A stretch of DNA of 62,291 nucleotides from Methanobacteriota archaeon (GTDB lineage Archaea > Thermoplasmatota > Poseidoniia > Poseidoniales > Poseidoniaceae), in NCBI GenBank assembly GCA_002722615.1, contig PBMQ01000015.1, positions 47,960 through 110,250 on the forward strand. Reading direction: 5' to 3'. Positions 19,846-30,100 of the stretch are shown here, piece after piece; position 1 is the first letter of the stretch, and each line of letters starts with the position of its first letter. A program made the translations under genes and the position numbers. The notes below the pieces were generated by a model. That model was not told the origin of the DNA. It saw only the letters and a program-made list of their open reading frames with translations, and made no database searches.

Positions 19846-21873
19846 TCAAGCGGCCTTTGCTTCTTCGATTTTCGCATCGTTGGCTTTAATCTGTTCCCAA
19901 ACCAATTCAGCTATATCTTTGACATCCATTTCAGCATCGATTGCCGACAATCCATCCGTAACCATGGTCGAACAGAACGGACAACCCACTGCTACAGTAT
20001 CCGCACCCGTTGAAGCAAGTTCTTTCGCTCGGATGATGTTGACACGGTCACTGCCCTCAGGAACGTGTTCTTCCATCCACATTTGGGCGCCTCCAGCACC
20101 ACAACAGAACGAACCACGGCCGTGTCGCTCGGTTTCAACATCGACTCCACCGATTGCATCACGAGGAGCGTCGTATTCTTCACCGATTCGGCCAAGATAG
20201 CATGGATCGTGATATGTTACGGATCCGTCATGTTTCGGCTGAGGAAGTTTACCTTCATTCTGAAGATGTGAAATCAACTGAGAATGGTGCATGACCTCAA
20301 TGTCCTCTCCTCCGTAGTCGTTGTACTCTTTTCCGAGGGTATGGAAGCAATGTGGGCATGATGCAACTACCTTCTTTACGCCGAGTTCATTGAACGTCTC
20401 CAGATTTGTTTCGGCCAACATCTGAAACAGATATTCGTTTCCTGCTCGTCGAGCCGCATCACCGCTGCAACCTTCTTGCATGCCCAAGATACCAACGTCA
20501 AGACCTGCTTCTTTCATGATGGAAATCGTGTCACGAGCCACCTTCTTGTTCCGTTCATCAAAGGAGGCCGCACAGCCTGCGAAATAGATGTATTCAGCTG
20601 GTTCTGCAACTTTAACGTCGAGATCTGCAGCCCAATCGCCACGTTCGTGAGATGGAAGCCCATACGGGTTGGAATCCGATTCGAGATTTTCGATGGTTGC
20701 CATCAAAGGCATGATTGTGTCCTCTACTGCATCATCAAACTCCATTCGCTCCATCATGAGATGTCGACGTGCATCCGTCAATTTCGGAACATGTTCAATG
20801 TTGACTGGACACACATCAACACAAGCATGACAGGTTGTGCAGGCCCAAATTGATTCTTCACCGAATCGTGCAATAATGTCCTCTTCTGGAGTTTCACCAG
20901 CAAACAATTGTGATGCGTGTTCATTCGCATAATTTCGCACATCATGAACGATTTGCATTGGGTTGAGTGCTTTGCCACTTGCGTATGCAGGACAAACGTC
21001 TTGGCAGCGTGCACAGGATGTGCAAGCCCATCCGTCGATGAGACTTCTCCATGTGAGTTGCGTGTAATTCGCAGCACCAAAGGATTCGAGGTCGAGTTCT
21101 TCGAGAGACACAGCAGAACCGCTTTCGTCAGTTGCAAGTGGGCGCATCTTTGCCATCGGTTCTGTATCAAAGAATGCTACATTCGGCAGGGCCATGACCA
21201 AGTGCATGTGCTTCGATAACGGAATCAGGAAGAGGAAGGTACAGATTGCAACCATGTGAGCCCAATACGCAACATTGATTGTGGTCTGAGATGGTGCAAA
21301 CGACTCAGCTACCCAAGCACCAATCATTTCCCATGTTGGATCAGGGTTCTCACCCGCCTCGACGATGTAAGAAGTTGTACAAATCGTCATGATGAGCAGA
21401 AGAATGACATTTCCTTCAAGTTGGGACTTGCCCTTCAGTTTTTCAGGAGTGAACAACACACGTCGATTCAACGCTAAGAAACAACCAATCAATGCACTGG
21501 TATATCCGAGTTCAACCATTCCATTCCAGATACCATTCAAGGCCTCTGGCAGAATGTGTTCACTAAATCGGTTTGCTGTTGCAAGATCGAACATGTCCGA
21601 AGAGAGCATCAGGAATCCCCAGAACATGAGAACGTGCATTGTCCCCGCAACTTTATCCTCCAGTACTTTTCGTTGACCTAACCAAACGGTGAGGGTTTCC
21701 TTCATTCGCTTACCCCATGAGTCAAAACGCTTGTCTGGAGCACCCAAAAGGACCAAACGCGTTGCTTTTTGAACCTGATAAGCAAAGAACGCAATTGAGA
21801 ATCCACCCAACACCAATAGCAGATAGTAACCTTTGATTCCCGCGTAAGTCACCTCAAGCGGATGTTCCATCAT
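19846..21873 (-). CDS. Membrane-bound Fe-S oxidoreductase: NarI/DsrM-like membrane domain fused to an HdrD/GlpC-like module (EtfD-like)
   Basis: 675 aa. N-terminal 5-6 TM with conserved His. Two ferredoxin motifs (CTSCARCQDVCP and CTTCHACVDVCP). Two Cys-rich CCG-type domains (CPHCFHT..YHDPCYLGR and CCGAGG..GCPFCSTM). Confidence 0.75.
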   Translation of the reverse strand: MMEHPLEVTYAGIKGYYLLLVLGGFSIAFFAYQVQKATRLVLLGAPDKRFDSWGKRMKETLTVWLGQRKVLEDKVAGTMHVLMFWGFLMLSSDMFDLATANRFSEHILPEALNGIWNGMVELGYTSALIGCFLALNRRVLFTPEKLKGKSQLEGNVILLLIMTICTTSYIVEAGENPDPTWEMIGAWVAESFAPSQTTINVAYWAHMVAICTFLFLIPLSKHMHLVMALPNVAFFDTEPMAKMRPLATDESGSAVSLEELDLESFGAANYTQLTWRSLIDGWACTSCARCQDVCPAYASGKALNPMQIVHDVRNYANEHASQLFAGETPEEDIIARFGEESIWACTTCHACVDVCPVNIEHVPKLTDARRHLMMERMEFDDAVEDTIMPLMATIENLESDSNPYGLPSHERGDWAADLDVKVAEPAEYIYFAGCAASFDERNKKVARDTISIMKEAGLDVGILGMQEGCSGDAARRAGNEYLFQMLAETNLETFNELGVKKVVASCPHCFHTLGKEYNDYGGEDIEVMHHSQLISHLQNEGKLPQPKHDGSVTYHDPCYLGRIGEEYDAPRDAIGGVDVETERHGRGSFCCGAGGAQMWMEEHVPEGSDRVNIIRAKELASTGADTVAVGCPFCSTMVTDGLSAIDAEMDVKDIAELVWEQIKANDAKIEEAKAA

Positions 21874-21957
21874 GATTCAACCCAAGCACATCCAAACCTT
21901 CAAACCAACGATGAAACAAACACCAATCCTAATGGTTGAGATAGGTGTGGAACAACC

Positions 21958-22938
21958 ATGGTGAAGGCCAGTGCTCCAGGCAAATGCATCCTCTTCGGAG
22001 AACATGCAGTTGTGTACGGCCAGCCTGCATTGGCTTGTAGCATCAGTCAACGGATGAGTATCGAACTCGAACGAGAGGATACTTTCGATTCATGGCGCAT
22101 AGATGGAAGGACCTTCAACGGCAAAAAACACCCCCACATCAAGTACATTCGAGATCATCTCCCACCTCATGATGAACAACCGCTTCACATACGGATCAGG
22201 GGTACAATCCCAAAGGCATCCGGACTTGGATCATCGGCAGCGCTTTCAGTCGCCCTATGCGGAGCACTTCAACAGATTCGAGATGAACCACAAAACCTGC
22301 AGCAAGCAAGCGAATTGTCTCATCAAGCAGAAGCCCAAGCCCAAGGAGGCCGAGCAAGTCCAATGGATACTGCGACAAGTGCGTACGGAGGATTTGTTGT
22401 TCTTTCAGACTCGATCGAGGAAGATTTGGATTTCATTGAAACTCGGAGCATGGAAGTGAACGGAGAACGGCAAGAATGGCACCTCCACACCTTTGAGGCT
22501 ACCATCCCGGAAGGTACTGCCCTTGTCATTGGAAATACTGGCGTGCATGGATCGACTTCAGCCATGGTACTTCAGGTTGCAGAATTGATTCAAAACGAGC
22601 CAACAAGAAAAGTCGAACTCGAGACCATTGGAGCAATTGCTCGAAGGGGGATCCAAGCGTTGCGTAATGGTGACATGAAGGCGGTCGGTCAAGCCATGAG
22701 TGAGAATCACATCGTATTGCGTTCGCTTGGTGTTTCATCACCAGACCTTGAGCGCTTGATTCGTGCCGCAGCACCATCGAGTCTCGGCGTCAAAATGACA
22801 GGGGCGGGCGGCGGTGGTTGTATGATTGCCTTGACGGAAAACCCAGAGGAGACTGTTGGTGCTATCGAAATGCAAGGCGGACGGGCATTTATCACTGCAT
22901 TTAACGAGCCAGGTTTGCAAATTGAGCATTTAACCTGA
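21958..22938 (+). CDS. mvk: Mevalonate kinase
   Basis: 326 aa. GHMP kinase motifs KASAPGKCILFGEHAVVYG, PKASGLGSSAALSVA and KMTGAGGGGCMIAL. Confidence 0.9.
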   Translation: MVKASAPGKCILFGEHAVVYGQPALACSISQRMSIELEREDTFDSWRIDGRTFNGKKHPHIKYIRDHLPPHDEQPLHIRIRGTIPKASGLGSSAALSVALCGALQQIRDEPQNLQQASELSHQAEAQAQGGRASPMDTATSAYGGFVVLSDSIEEDLDFIETRSMEVNGERQEWHLHTFEATIPEGTALVIGNTGVHGSTSAMVLQVAELIQNEPTRKVELETIGAIARRGIQALRNGDMKAVGQAMSENHIVLRSLGVSSPDLERLIRAAAPSSLGVKMTGAGGGGCMIALTENPEETVGAIEMQGGRAFITAFNEPGLQIEHLT

Positions 22939-22981
22939 GACCCTATACTGAAAGGTTCGCCATCTGATGGTTGGCCTCGCC

Positions 22982-22989
22982 TTTATATA
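22982..22989 (+). promoter_or_regulatory. Consensus TATA box TTTATATA of tbp, 22 nt before ATG 23012 (leaderless geometry)
   Basis: cctTTTATATAtgcgggttggaagccgcaactcATG. Confidence 0.6.
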
Positions 22990-23011
22990 TGCGGGTTGGA
23001 AGCCGCAACTC

Positions 23012-23626
23012 ATGACCACCGATGAAGAGCGTTTGACAGTTGTCAACGTAGTAGCAAGTACCCGTGTAGCCGAAGAACTTGACCTCCCCGACATTGCAAT
23101 TCAACTCAACTGCGAGTATGAACCAGAGCAATTCCCTGGTGTCGTTTATCGTGTTACAGACCCTAAACTTGCTATCCTCATGTTCCGATCTGGCCGTGCT
23201 GTTTGTACCGGTGGAAAAGACGAAGATAACATTCACACCGGAATCGACCGGATGATCAAGGACCTTCGGGCAGCAGGAATCACAACGTGGGACCTCAAGG
23301 ACGTTGAAATTGAAGTACAAAACATGGTTGCAACCTATGCACTTCATTACCCTGAAGACTACGACGGAAACGACAAGTTCACCGGTGCTCCACTCGCTGG
23401 AGAACCTCGTAAGTTGAACCTCAACAACCTCACCTTCCACCTCCCATTTGACAAGGTTGAATACGAGCCTGAGCAGTTCCCAGGTCTCATTTATCGTCTT
23501 GATTATCCGAAGGTTGTTTGCCTGATTTTCGGTAGCGGAAAAATGGTCATCACCGGTGCACGACACAAGGACGAGATCTTGGAAGCTGTTGAAATCATCA
23601 AGGACGAACTTGCTGATCTCCTCTGA
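23012..23626 (+). CDS. tbp: TATA-box-binding protein with an insertion in repeat 2
   Basis: There are two TBP repeats, each containing EYEPEQFPG. Examples are VVNVVAS...EYEPEQFPGVVYRV...MFRSGRAVCTGGK and VQNMVAT...EYEPEQFPGLIYRL...IFGSGKMVITGAR. The track start at 22967 adds 15 non-conserved aa. ATG 23012 lies 22 nt after a TTTATATA box. Confidence 0.95.
   Translation: MTTDEERLTVVNVVASTRVAEELDLPDIAIQLNCEYEPEQFPGVVYRVTDPKLAILMFRSGRAVCTGGKDEDNIHTGIDRMIKDLRAAGITTWDLKDVEIEVQNMVATYALHYPEDYDGNDKFTGAPLAGEPRKLNLNNLTFHLPFDKVEYEPEQFPGLIYRLDYPKVVCLIFGSGKMVITGARHKDEILEAVEIIKDELADLL
23345..23413 (+). other. About 21-23-aa insertion (HYPEDYDGNDKFTGAPLAGEPRK) in TBP repeat 2
   Basis: The spacing from VA(S/T) to EYEPEQFPG is 20 aa in repeat 1 and 41 aa in repeat 2. 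Confidence 0.7.
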
Positions 23627-23642
23627 AACCTTCGACGCATCT

Positions 23643-23650
23643 TTCATGTG
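23643..23650 (+). promoter_or_regulatory. TTCATGTG octamer 21 nt upstream of ATG 23672 (surface paralog 1)
   Basis: This octamer is a member of the TTSAWGTG fixed-distance family (see findings). Its GTG is also the in-frame alternative start used by the ORF track. Confidence 0.4.
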
Positions 23651-23671
23651 CAAGAAGGTCAAAGCCTAACC

Positions 23672-26600
23672 ATGGGCGGAGCGCTCAAGTCACGCACTTT
23701 GACCCTGCTCGTGCTGGGTCTCTTGGTTGGATTCAGCCAAAGTCCGCTCATCATTCAACAACCAGGCCTAGAAGATAGCCAAGAAATACAACGCACTGGG
23801 TCGGACCCAGGCGTAACTGATCTTCCTTCATGGAGGGTCGGCGACAAATGGATCTATTCCGGTACGTTTGACCCTTCAATTTTGATTACCAACACAGGCG
23901 TAGCTGCTAGCGTTGGGGAAATACGCGGCGATTCGACGGCAGAAGTTACCGACATTCTCGAACTGCAGTTTGATAATCGAACGGAATGGGTCTACAAACT
24001 GCGCATGACGGCAGACTTTGACAAAAGTGGAGTCGAACTCGAAGGATTCACAGGCAACGCAGAGATTCAATTTACCCAGACTGAATACCTTCGAGTAAGC
24101 GATTTTGCAACGGTGAAAAACGACCTTGACCTCTACATCAAATTCATACCATATGGCATTGGTTCACTTACACAAATCCTCGGCGATATCACGATCACCA
24201 ACGAATACAGTCCTGCGACAGAGGCTTACGACTTCCCATTACGAAATGGAGAACGATGGACTTCTTTGACCACTTCATCCTCAACGTGGTCGGGTCAAAG
24301 TGATTACATCACTCCGTTCCCACCTCCAGAAACTGATACCAACACAACAACGTGGGAAGTGACAAAGGTCGGTGAGCCGAGGAATTCAATCGGCGCAGGG
24401 GTTGCTTACAGCGGGTGCGATGCATCGTACGAACTGAGTTCTTGGAACTCTGATGGGGTCTCTACCGGGTACAGATGGTATTGTCCAGCTGTGAACAACT
24501 ATGCTTGGCGTCATTCAGAAGAAGATGTAGGCCTCACCATCGATTTCCGTCTCAAGCAATATATGCCCGTTGGAGCGATAGGGGTTGAAAGCAACAGTGA
24601 CCCTGGAACACGACCAAACTGTGTTGAAGTCGCACCCGAACGGGCTCTTACTGCATTGGATTCACCGATGGAGGTATGGGTTCACTTGGACCCATCATGC
24701 TACGGCAACCTCGATGGAGTTGGTGTTGAAGTTGCATACGATGGAACCTCAACAACCGTTTACACGAGTTCAAACGGTTCAGTGAATACGACAATCGATT
24801 CAGGGAATGGCATTGATTATTCTTCAACCAACACAGACTGGGCAAGTCATGGCATCATGGCAAAATCTGGAAATTATGTTGGTGCTTCAACGATAACACT
24901 GGACGAATTCCTTGTTGGACTCGATCTCATTGCAGATGAGGCGCGAGCCGTAGTTATCCGAAATCGAAGTGGCGAAGTCAGCACCGTAAGTTCACTCTCA
25001 GGCTACAACGTTCTGCCTGGTGATGAATTGACAATCGAAGTTGCAGTCGTCAACAAAGGTATCACATCATCCACCCCAACCCAACTTCGAATCTATCATC
25101 CAGACGGTTCTATCTTCGACCTTGGACTTCCATCTCTTGCGACCTATGAGTCTCACAAAGTAGACTTCACATGGACAGTCCCAGCAGATGCAGACATTGG
25201 AATGATTCCGATTCTCTGGGAATCAGACCCATTGCAAGTAAACACTGCGGATGCAAATTCCGACAATGACCTCGGAGAAATTGAATTATTCATTGGCCGT
25301 TTACCCACTGCAGTATTGGAACCCATTGAAATCTACACCAATGTTGAGACTCTCATCAACGCATCAGGAAGTTTTGATGAGGACGGAGGCAATGTCTCAT
25401 GTTTATTCAATATCCCATGGTACGATGGAACACGTACTGCTGCTTGGACTCGAGTCGAATCACTCGATTGTATGCTGAACTGGATATGGACCAACGATGG
25501 CGATTATCCAATTGAAGTCACCATTACAGACGAGGAACAAGATCAAGTCCAAGGCATTCTTGATGTTGTTATCCTTAACAGAGCACCAAACATCGAAGTT
25601 GTGAGTGCTCGAACAGAAGTCAAAGTCGAACATCCAGTAACACTGTACGCCTATGCAAACGATACGGATTCTGAAGATTCCTTCCCCGGCGTCGTCGATG
25701 TGTACTGGCCAAACGCAATTTGTGATGAAGGATATTACACTCGGATATGCACCACAACTGCACCGACTGAGGGTTGGCATACCTTCCAAGCGGTGGGTGT
25801 GGATGATGATAGTGCAATGACGATGGCAAGCATAGATATTCGTTTTACCAACATTGACCCGCACGGGTTATCGGTTACAATGACAAACGATAGCGGACCA
25901 CTCCCTCTTGATGTCCAACAAACATGGCATGTACAAGAAGATCAAATCGTCAACTTACGCGGACAAGCGCTCGACTCGGTTGACGATTTGGATGGACTCA
26001 CTCATCGATGGTGGCCAGACGATGCCCAACCCAACCTCATCAAGACCTTCGACGGGCGTATTTCAGAATTCGAAATGATGTGGGAAACCTCTGGATTGCA
26101 TCGCATGCGTCTTGAAGTGAGCGATTCCGAAGGGGCGAGTAGTGGCACCTACGAGCGATGGGTCAGTGTAGCAAATGTGCCTCCTGTAGTCCAGCCACTC
26201 GAAGGTGTTCTTCCTCTGGCAGAGGGTGAAGAAGTTCGCTTGGTTGGGAATGCTACTGACACGCCTTCAGACTATGATTCACTTGTACGATGTTGGGATA
26301 TCGACCCCGGTCTTGACTCAAACGACATTGGTGGTGCAGATGATGACTGTGATATCATTGGAGATGAATTGATTTGGCATTGGAATACAAGTGGAACCCA
26401 TACGGTCATCTATCACGTCACTGATGATGATGGTGTTCGTGTCAGCCAAATTCTTTCCATTGATGTTCTCAATATCCCACCAATTGTTCGAACGAAAGAG
26501 ATCTCGTGTTTAGCACTGGAAACTTGCATACTGGATGCAACTGGTACCATCGATTCTCTCAACGATCTTGATCAAATTACTGTCGTTTGGGATCTTGATA

Positions 26601-27172
26601 CATCGGTGGATAGCAATGGAGACGGTATCAAAGACAACGATGCTGATGAAGTTGGGAAGCGTATTGAACACACATTCACCAAACAAGGTTCCTATACAAT
26701 CCGAGTTATGGCATGGGACGAAAACCCTGAACGACCAGGAACGCGTGTAATCAATGTCGAAATTGGAGCACCAGAACGAACTCTTGTTGAGGATCTTGGT
26801 GCAGCGCTTGCAGGAGACGAGGCGAATCCGATTGCTCAACTCTCCCTACTCGCCTTTGTTTTGGTTTTGCTTGCAATGATGACTCGACGAAGACGTTCGG
26901 GTCGACATCAGCGGGCAATTGAACGACTCGACCGTCAACAAAATGCCATTTTCAGCGATGAGGAAGTTGGACTCATGCCTCATGAGATTTCTGCTCGAAG
27001 GAATCGACCTCAAGATCCCCCTGTCGAACGCGCCTTTGACTCTGCAATTACAGTTAAGCCCGTTTCAACTGCTACGCCGCTACCAGACTCTGGATTACCC
27101 GATGGATGGACGATGGAGCAATGGGAGCATTATGGCCAACAGTGGCTTGACTCGCAGGTTGACAATTCCTAA
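23672..27172 (+). CDS. Giant type I membrane-anchored surface protein (paralog 1): novel N-domain, CARDB-like and PKD-like repeats, C-terminal TM and conserved cytoplasmic tail
   Basis: The track starts at GTG 23648. ATG 23672 gives the signal peptide MGGALKSRTLTLLVLGLLVGF. CARDB-like LPGDELTIEVAVVNKG...NSDNDLGEIELFIG. PKD-like ASGSFDEDGG. TM LSLLAFVLVLLAMM followed by TRRRRSG. The tail ends with GLPDGWTMEQWEHYGQQWL. Confidence 0.85.
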   Translation: MGGALKSRTLTLLVLGLLVGFSQSPLIIQQPGLEDSQEIQRTGSDPGVTDLPSWRVGDKWIYSGTFDPSILITNTGVAASVGEIRGDSTAEVTDILELQFDNRTEWVYKLRMTADFDKSGVELEGFTGNAEIQFTQTEYLRVSDFATVKNDLDLYIKFIPYGIGSLTQILGDITITNEYSPATEAYDFPLRNGERWTSLTTSSSTWSGQSDYITPFPPPETDTNTTTWEVTKVGEPRNSIGAGVAYSGCDASYELSSWNSDGVSTGYRWYCPAVNNYAWRHSEEDVGLTIDFRLKQYMPVGAIGVESNSDPGTRPNCVEVAPERALTALDSPMEVWVHLDPSCYGNLDGVGVEVAYDGTSTTVYTSSNGSVNTTIDSGNGIDYSSTNTDWASHGIMAKSGNYVGASTITLDEFLVGLDLIADEARAVVIRNRSGEVSTVSSLSGYNVLPGDELTIEVAVVNKGITSSTPTQLRIYHPDGSIFDLGLPSLATYESHKVDFTWTVPADADIGMIPILWESDPLQVNTADANSDNDLGEIELFIGRLPTAVLEPIEIYTNVETLINASGSFDEDGGNVSCLFNIPWYDGTRTAAWTRVESLDCMLNWIWTNDGDYPIEVTITDEEQDQVQGILDVVILNRAPNIEVVSARTEVKVEHPVTLYAYANDTDSEDSFPGVVDVYWPNAICDEGYYTRICTTTAPTEGWHTFQAVGVDDDSAMTMASIDIRFTNIDPHGLSVTMTNDSGPLPLDVQQTWHVQEDQIVNLRGQALDSVDDLDGLTHRWWPDDAQPNLIKTFDGRISEFEMMWETSGLHRMRLEVSDSEGASSGTYERWVSVANVPPVVQPLEGVLPLAEGEEVRLVGNATDTPSDYDSLVRCWDIDPGLDSNDIGGADDDCDIIGDELIWHWNTSGTHTVIYHVTDDDGVRVSQILSIDVLNIPPIVRTKEISCLALETCILDATGTIDSLNDLDQITVVWDLDTSVDSNGDGIKDNDADEVGKRIEHTFTKQGSYTIRVMAWDENPERPGTRVINVEIGAPERTLVEDLGAALAGDEANPIAQLSLLAFVLVLLAMMTRRRRSGRHQRAIERLDRQQNAIFSDEEVGLMPHEISARRNRPQDPPVERAFDSAITVKPVSTATPLPDSGLPDGWTMEQWEHYGQQWLDSQVDNS
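27092..27148 (+). other. Conserved cytoplasmic-tail motif GLPDGWTMEQWEHYGQQWL (paralog 1)
   Basis: It lies about 70 aa after the TM plus RRRR stop-transfer. It is nearly identical to the motif at 30632..30688. Confidence 0.7.
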
Positions 27173-27196
27173 GTACGAGAAAGTCAACATGCGCAC

Positions 27197-30100
27197 ATGG
27201 CGACCCGATTCCCTGCACTTCTTGTTCTGTTTCTGCTTGCGAGTTCTTCGTTTGTGCATGCTATTCATCAGGAATCAACAGAACTTGATGAATCAGAAAG
27301 AGTTCAAGCAACCGCAAAATCCGGAAGTTCTACCGACGTGCCCGATTGGAGAATCGGAGATAAGTGGACCTATGAAACCCGATTCGACGTTGCACAACTC
27401 CTCGCACAAGCAAATGTGTCTGCATCCCTAAACACGCTCACTGGAGACACTGTTTACGAAATTGAGGACATCTTCTTCATCAATGTCGACGGAATTCAGA
27501 CCTTGGCATACAAAATGAAACTCGATGGCGAATTCTCATCCGGAAACAGTGGAGCTACGCTTGAAGGTGTGAGCGGGAGATTAACCATTGACTACACTGG
27601 AGAGGACATTGTGCGGGTTCGTGACCTTGCTGTCATCAATTCAGAGTTTGAACTGGACGTCGATTTTGCTCCGTTCAATCTTGGGTTCTTGTCCCAAAAA
27701 CTTGCAACGATCTCCTTTGACACTTATTATGACCCTCCAAAAGAGAAGTACGACTTCCCAATGAGAACCGGCGACCAGTGGTACATGCCATTCATGTCAG
27801 GAACCAGCGTAAGCGGAACATCTGATTATTTTGACCCGAGTTCATTTGATACCAACGGGGCAGAAAACACATCATGGCAAGTTACCAAAGACGGCATACC
27901 CACCGAAGATGGCCTCAATATCAAATACGAAGGTTGTGACGATTCTTACAAAGTCAATGAATGGAATGCGACCGGTGTAAGTGCTGGATTCAACTGGTAT
28001 TGCCCAGCAGTACGATTCAATTCATGGATTCGAATTTCGAACGCCGCTGGATTTACCATTGACTGGCTGTTGAAAGATTACGAGCCTGTCGATTCCTTTG
28101 GTGTTGACAAGAGAAAGACTCCTGGTTCACGAAACGTTGAGATCGATGTTGATACACAATTCATCGCAACACTTCCAGATACCATTTCAAAGATTTACGC
28201 AACCTATTCCGTTGCACCTAATGGTGTTCCTGAAGTAAACAAGAATCTGCAATTACGCTACGAAATGACAGGCACACTCATCAACCCAATCACAAACAGC
28301 AGTGGTCAAATCGAAGAATCAATCAATGTGTCCAATGTTACAGACAATACTGTGGCAAGCGATGATTACAGCAGCAATGGCGTCATTGTTTGGGACCCTG
28401 TCCAGGAAATCATCGGAGTCGCTACAGTCGTGATTGACCTTTCAGTGGTCGGAATTGATCTTGTTGCACAAGAAGATTCGATTATTGTAACACGAACTCG
28501 AGATGGTGAAGTATCAACTCTTTCCAAGTCAATTGGATACAATGCATTACCTGGCGATCTACTCACATTTTCCCTCCCTGCTCAGAACCGTGGTGTGTTC
28601 ACCTCGCCTTCCACTGAGATGGAAGTCATAGTACCTAGCGGTGAATCAATTCGTCAAGCAGTCCCGTCCATCGCTGCATACAGTGAACAACGAATTACTG
28701 TTGATTGGATTGTTCCAGAGGGTGCCACAATCGGAGATCAATCCTTGACCTTCACGGTCGATCCTGATGAACTGATTACTGGAGATGCAAATCGAAGCAA
28801 CAATCAAGCCATGGTTAACGTATTTATTGGCCGAGCACCAAATGCATCGATTGCTATCGATACAGGTAATTACACATTCGAACCTGTGTTCATTGATGCA
28901 CGCTCATCATTTGACCCGGACGGTGGAGATGTTGAATGCAGATTTGAGGTTGAATCTCGGCCTGGCCTTATCGATGTCATCACAACTCCAGATTGTTACT
29001 TTTCGTGGAATTGGTCTGACGATGGAGATTGGCTACTCACAACCACAGTAACCGATGATGAACTGGATTCAACAGTTCTTGTCAACAATGTAACAATCCT
29101 CAACCAAGCACCTTTCATCAACCTTAGCCACCCGAATGAAGTCGCTGTTGAATCTTCGATCACAATTGATGCAAGTGAGAGTGGAGACATTGATACCATC
29201 TCTCCATCCGGTCAGTATGTATCCATTACTTGGCCAGATTTGATTTGTGACGAGGGCCTGTTTGGGCCAACTTGTACGTTCACACCTATGCAAGAAGGGA
29301 CGATTCCTATTCGAGCGATTGCTACAGATGACGACGGTGCTGAAACGGAAGTTATCTCGTCTGTACAAGTACTCAATGTCGCTCCAACGATCGGAGACAT
29401 TGAAGTTTGGATTGCAGGCGTCAATACGCCGTTTGATGCAAACGGTACGTGGGTTCTGCAAGAAGACCAAACCGTCATTCTTCGGGCACAAGGCGATGAT
29501 ACGACCAATGATAGAGATGGGTTGATCATTGACTGGAATCTCAGCGACGTCATCGATAACCTCACAGTATCCACCGATGGGGCACCATCCGATGTTGCAA
29601 CATCATGGCCAACATCTGGAGAACACATCATTTCGGTTCGAGCAGTTGACGATAACGGGGCATCATCATCGACATCACTGGCCAAGGTGACCATAGAAAA
29701 CGTCCCACCGACAATCACAGCAGAAGACAACTTCCTCAATGCAATTAATCGAATCAATGGATTGCCAACGTTCGAAGATGAGAAGGTTGTTTTTGACGTT
29801 GTAGTTAGCGACACTGCATCCGACCTCGAAACACTAGAAATCTGTTGGGATGTTGATGGAACAGTTGATGCCGACCTCGATGGGACAATGAACAACGACT
29901 GTGATGTTGTTGGAACGCACTTTGAGTATACATGGGAATCAAGCAACCCGCAATTCCGTACCGTTACTGCTTGGGTCATGGATGATGATGGAGCTAGTGC
30001 ATCCCTATCTGCAGTCGTAAAAGTTCAGAATGTTCCGCCCGAAGCAAGCATCTCATATTCCAATGGATCCCTTGATAATCTCATCGAAGGTGACACACTT

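Noticed and set aside
22943-23662. A 239-aa ORF on the minus strand that exactly covers tbp.
   Set aside because: It is antisense to a highly conserved gene, has no recognisable motifs and has odd composition. It is the typical shadow ORF of a codon-biased gene.
27092-27148. The tail motif starts LPDGW, like a WW domain (LPxGW...W..P).
   Set aside because: The Trp spacing (W-x4-W-x6-W within 13 residues) and the total length are incompatible with the ~35-aa WW fold. I treat it as an unassigned linear motif.
29212-29979. A 255-aa Ser/Thr-rich ORF antisense to surface paralog 2. Similar antisense ORFs lie at 5566..6006, 25460..25864 and 55148..55654.
   Set aside because: These are low-complexity mirror images of Asp/Glu/Thr/Val-rich coding sequence on the other strand. 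They have no start context and no motifs.
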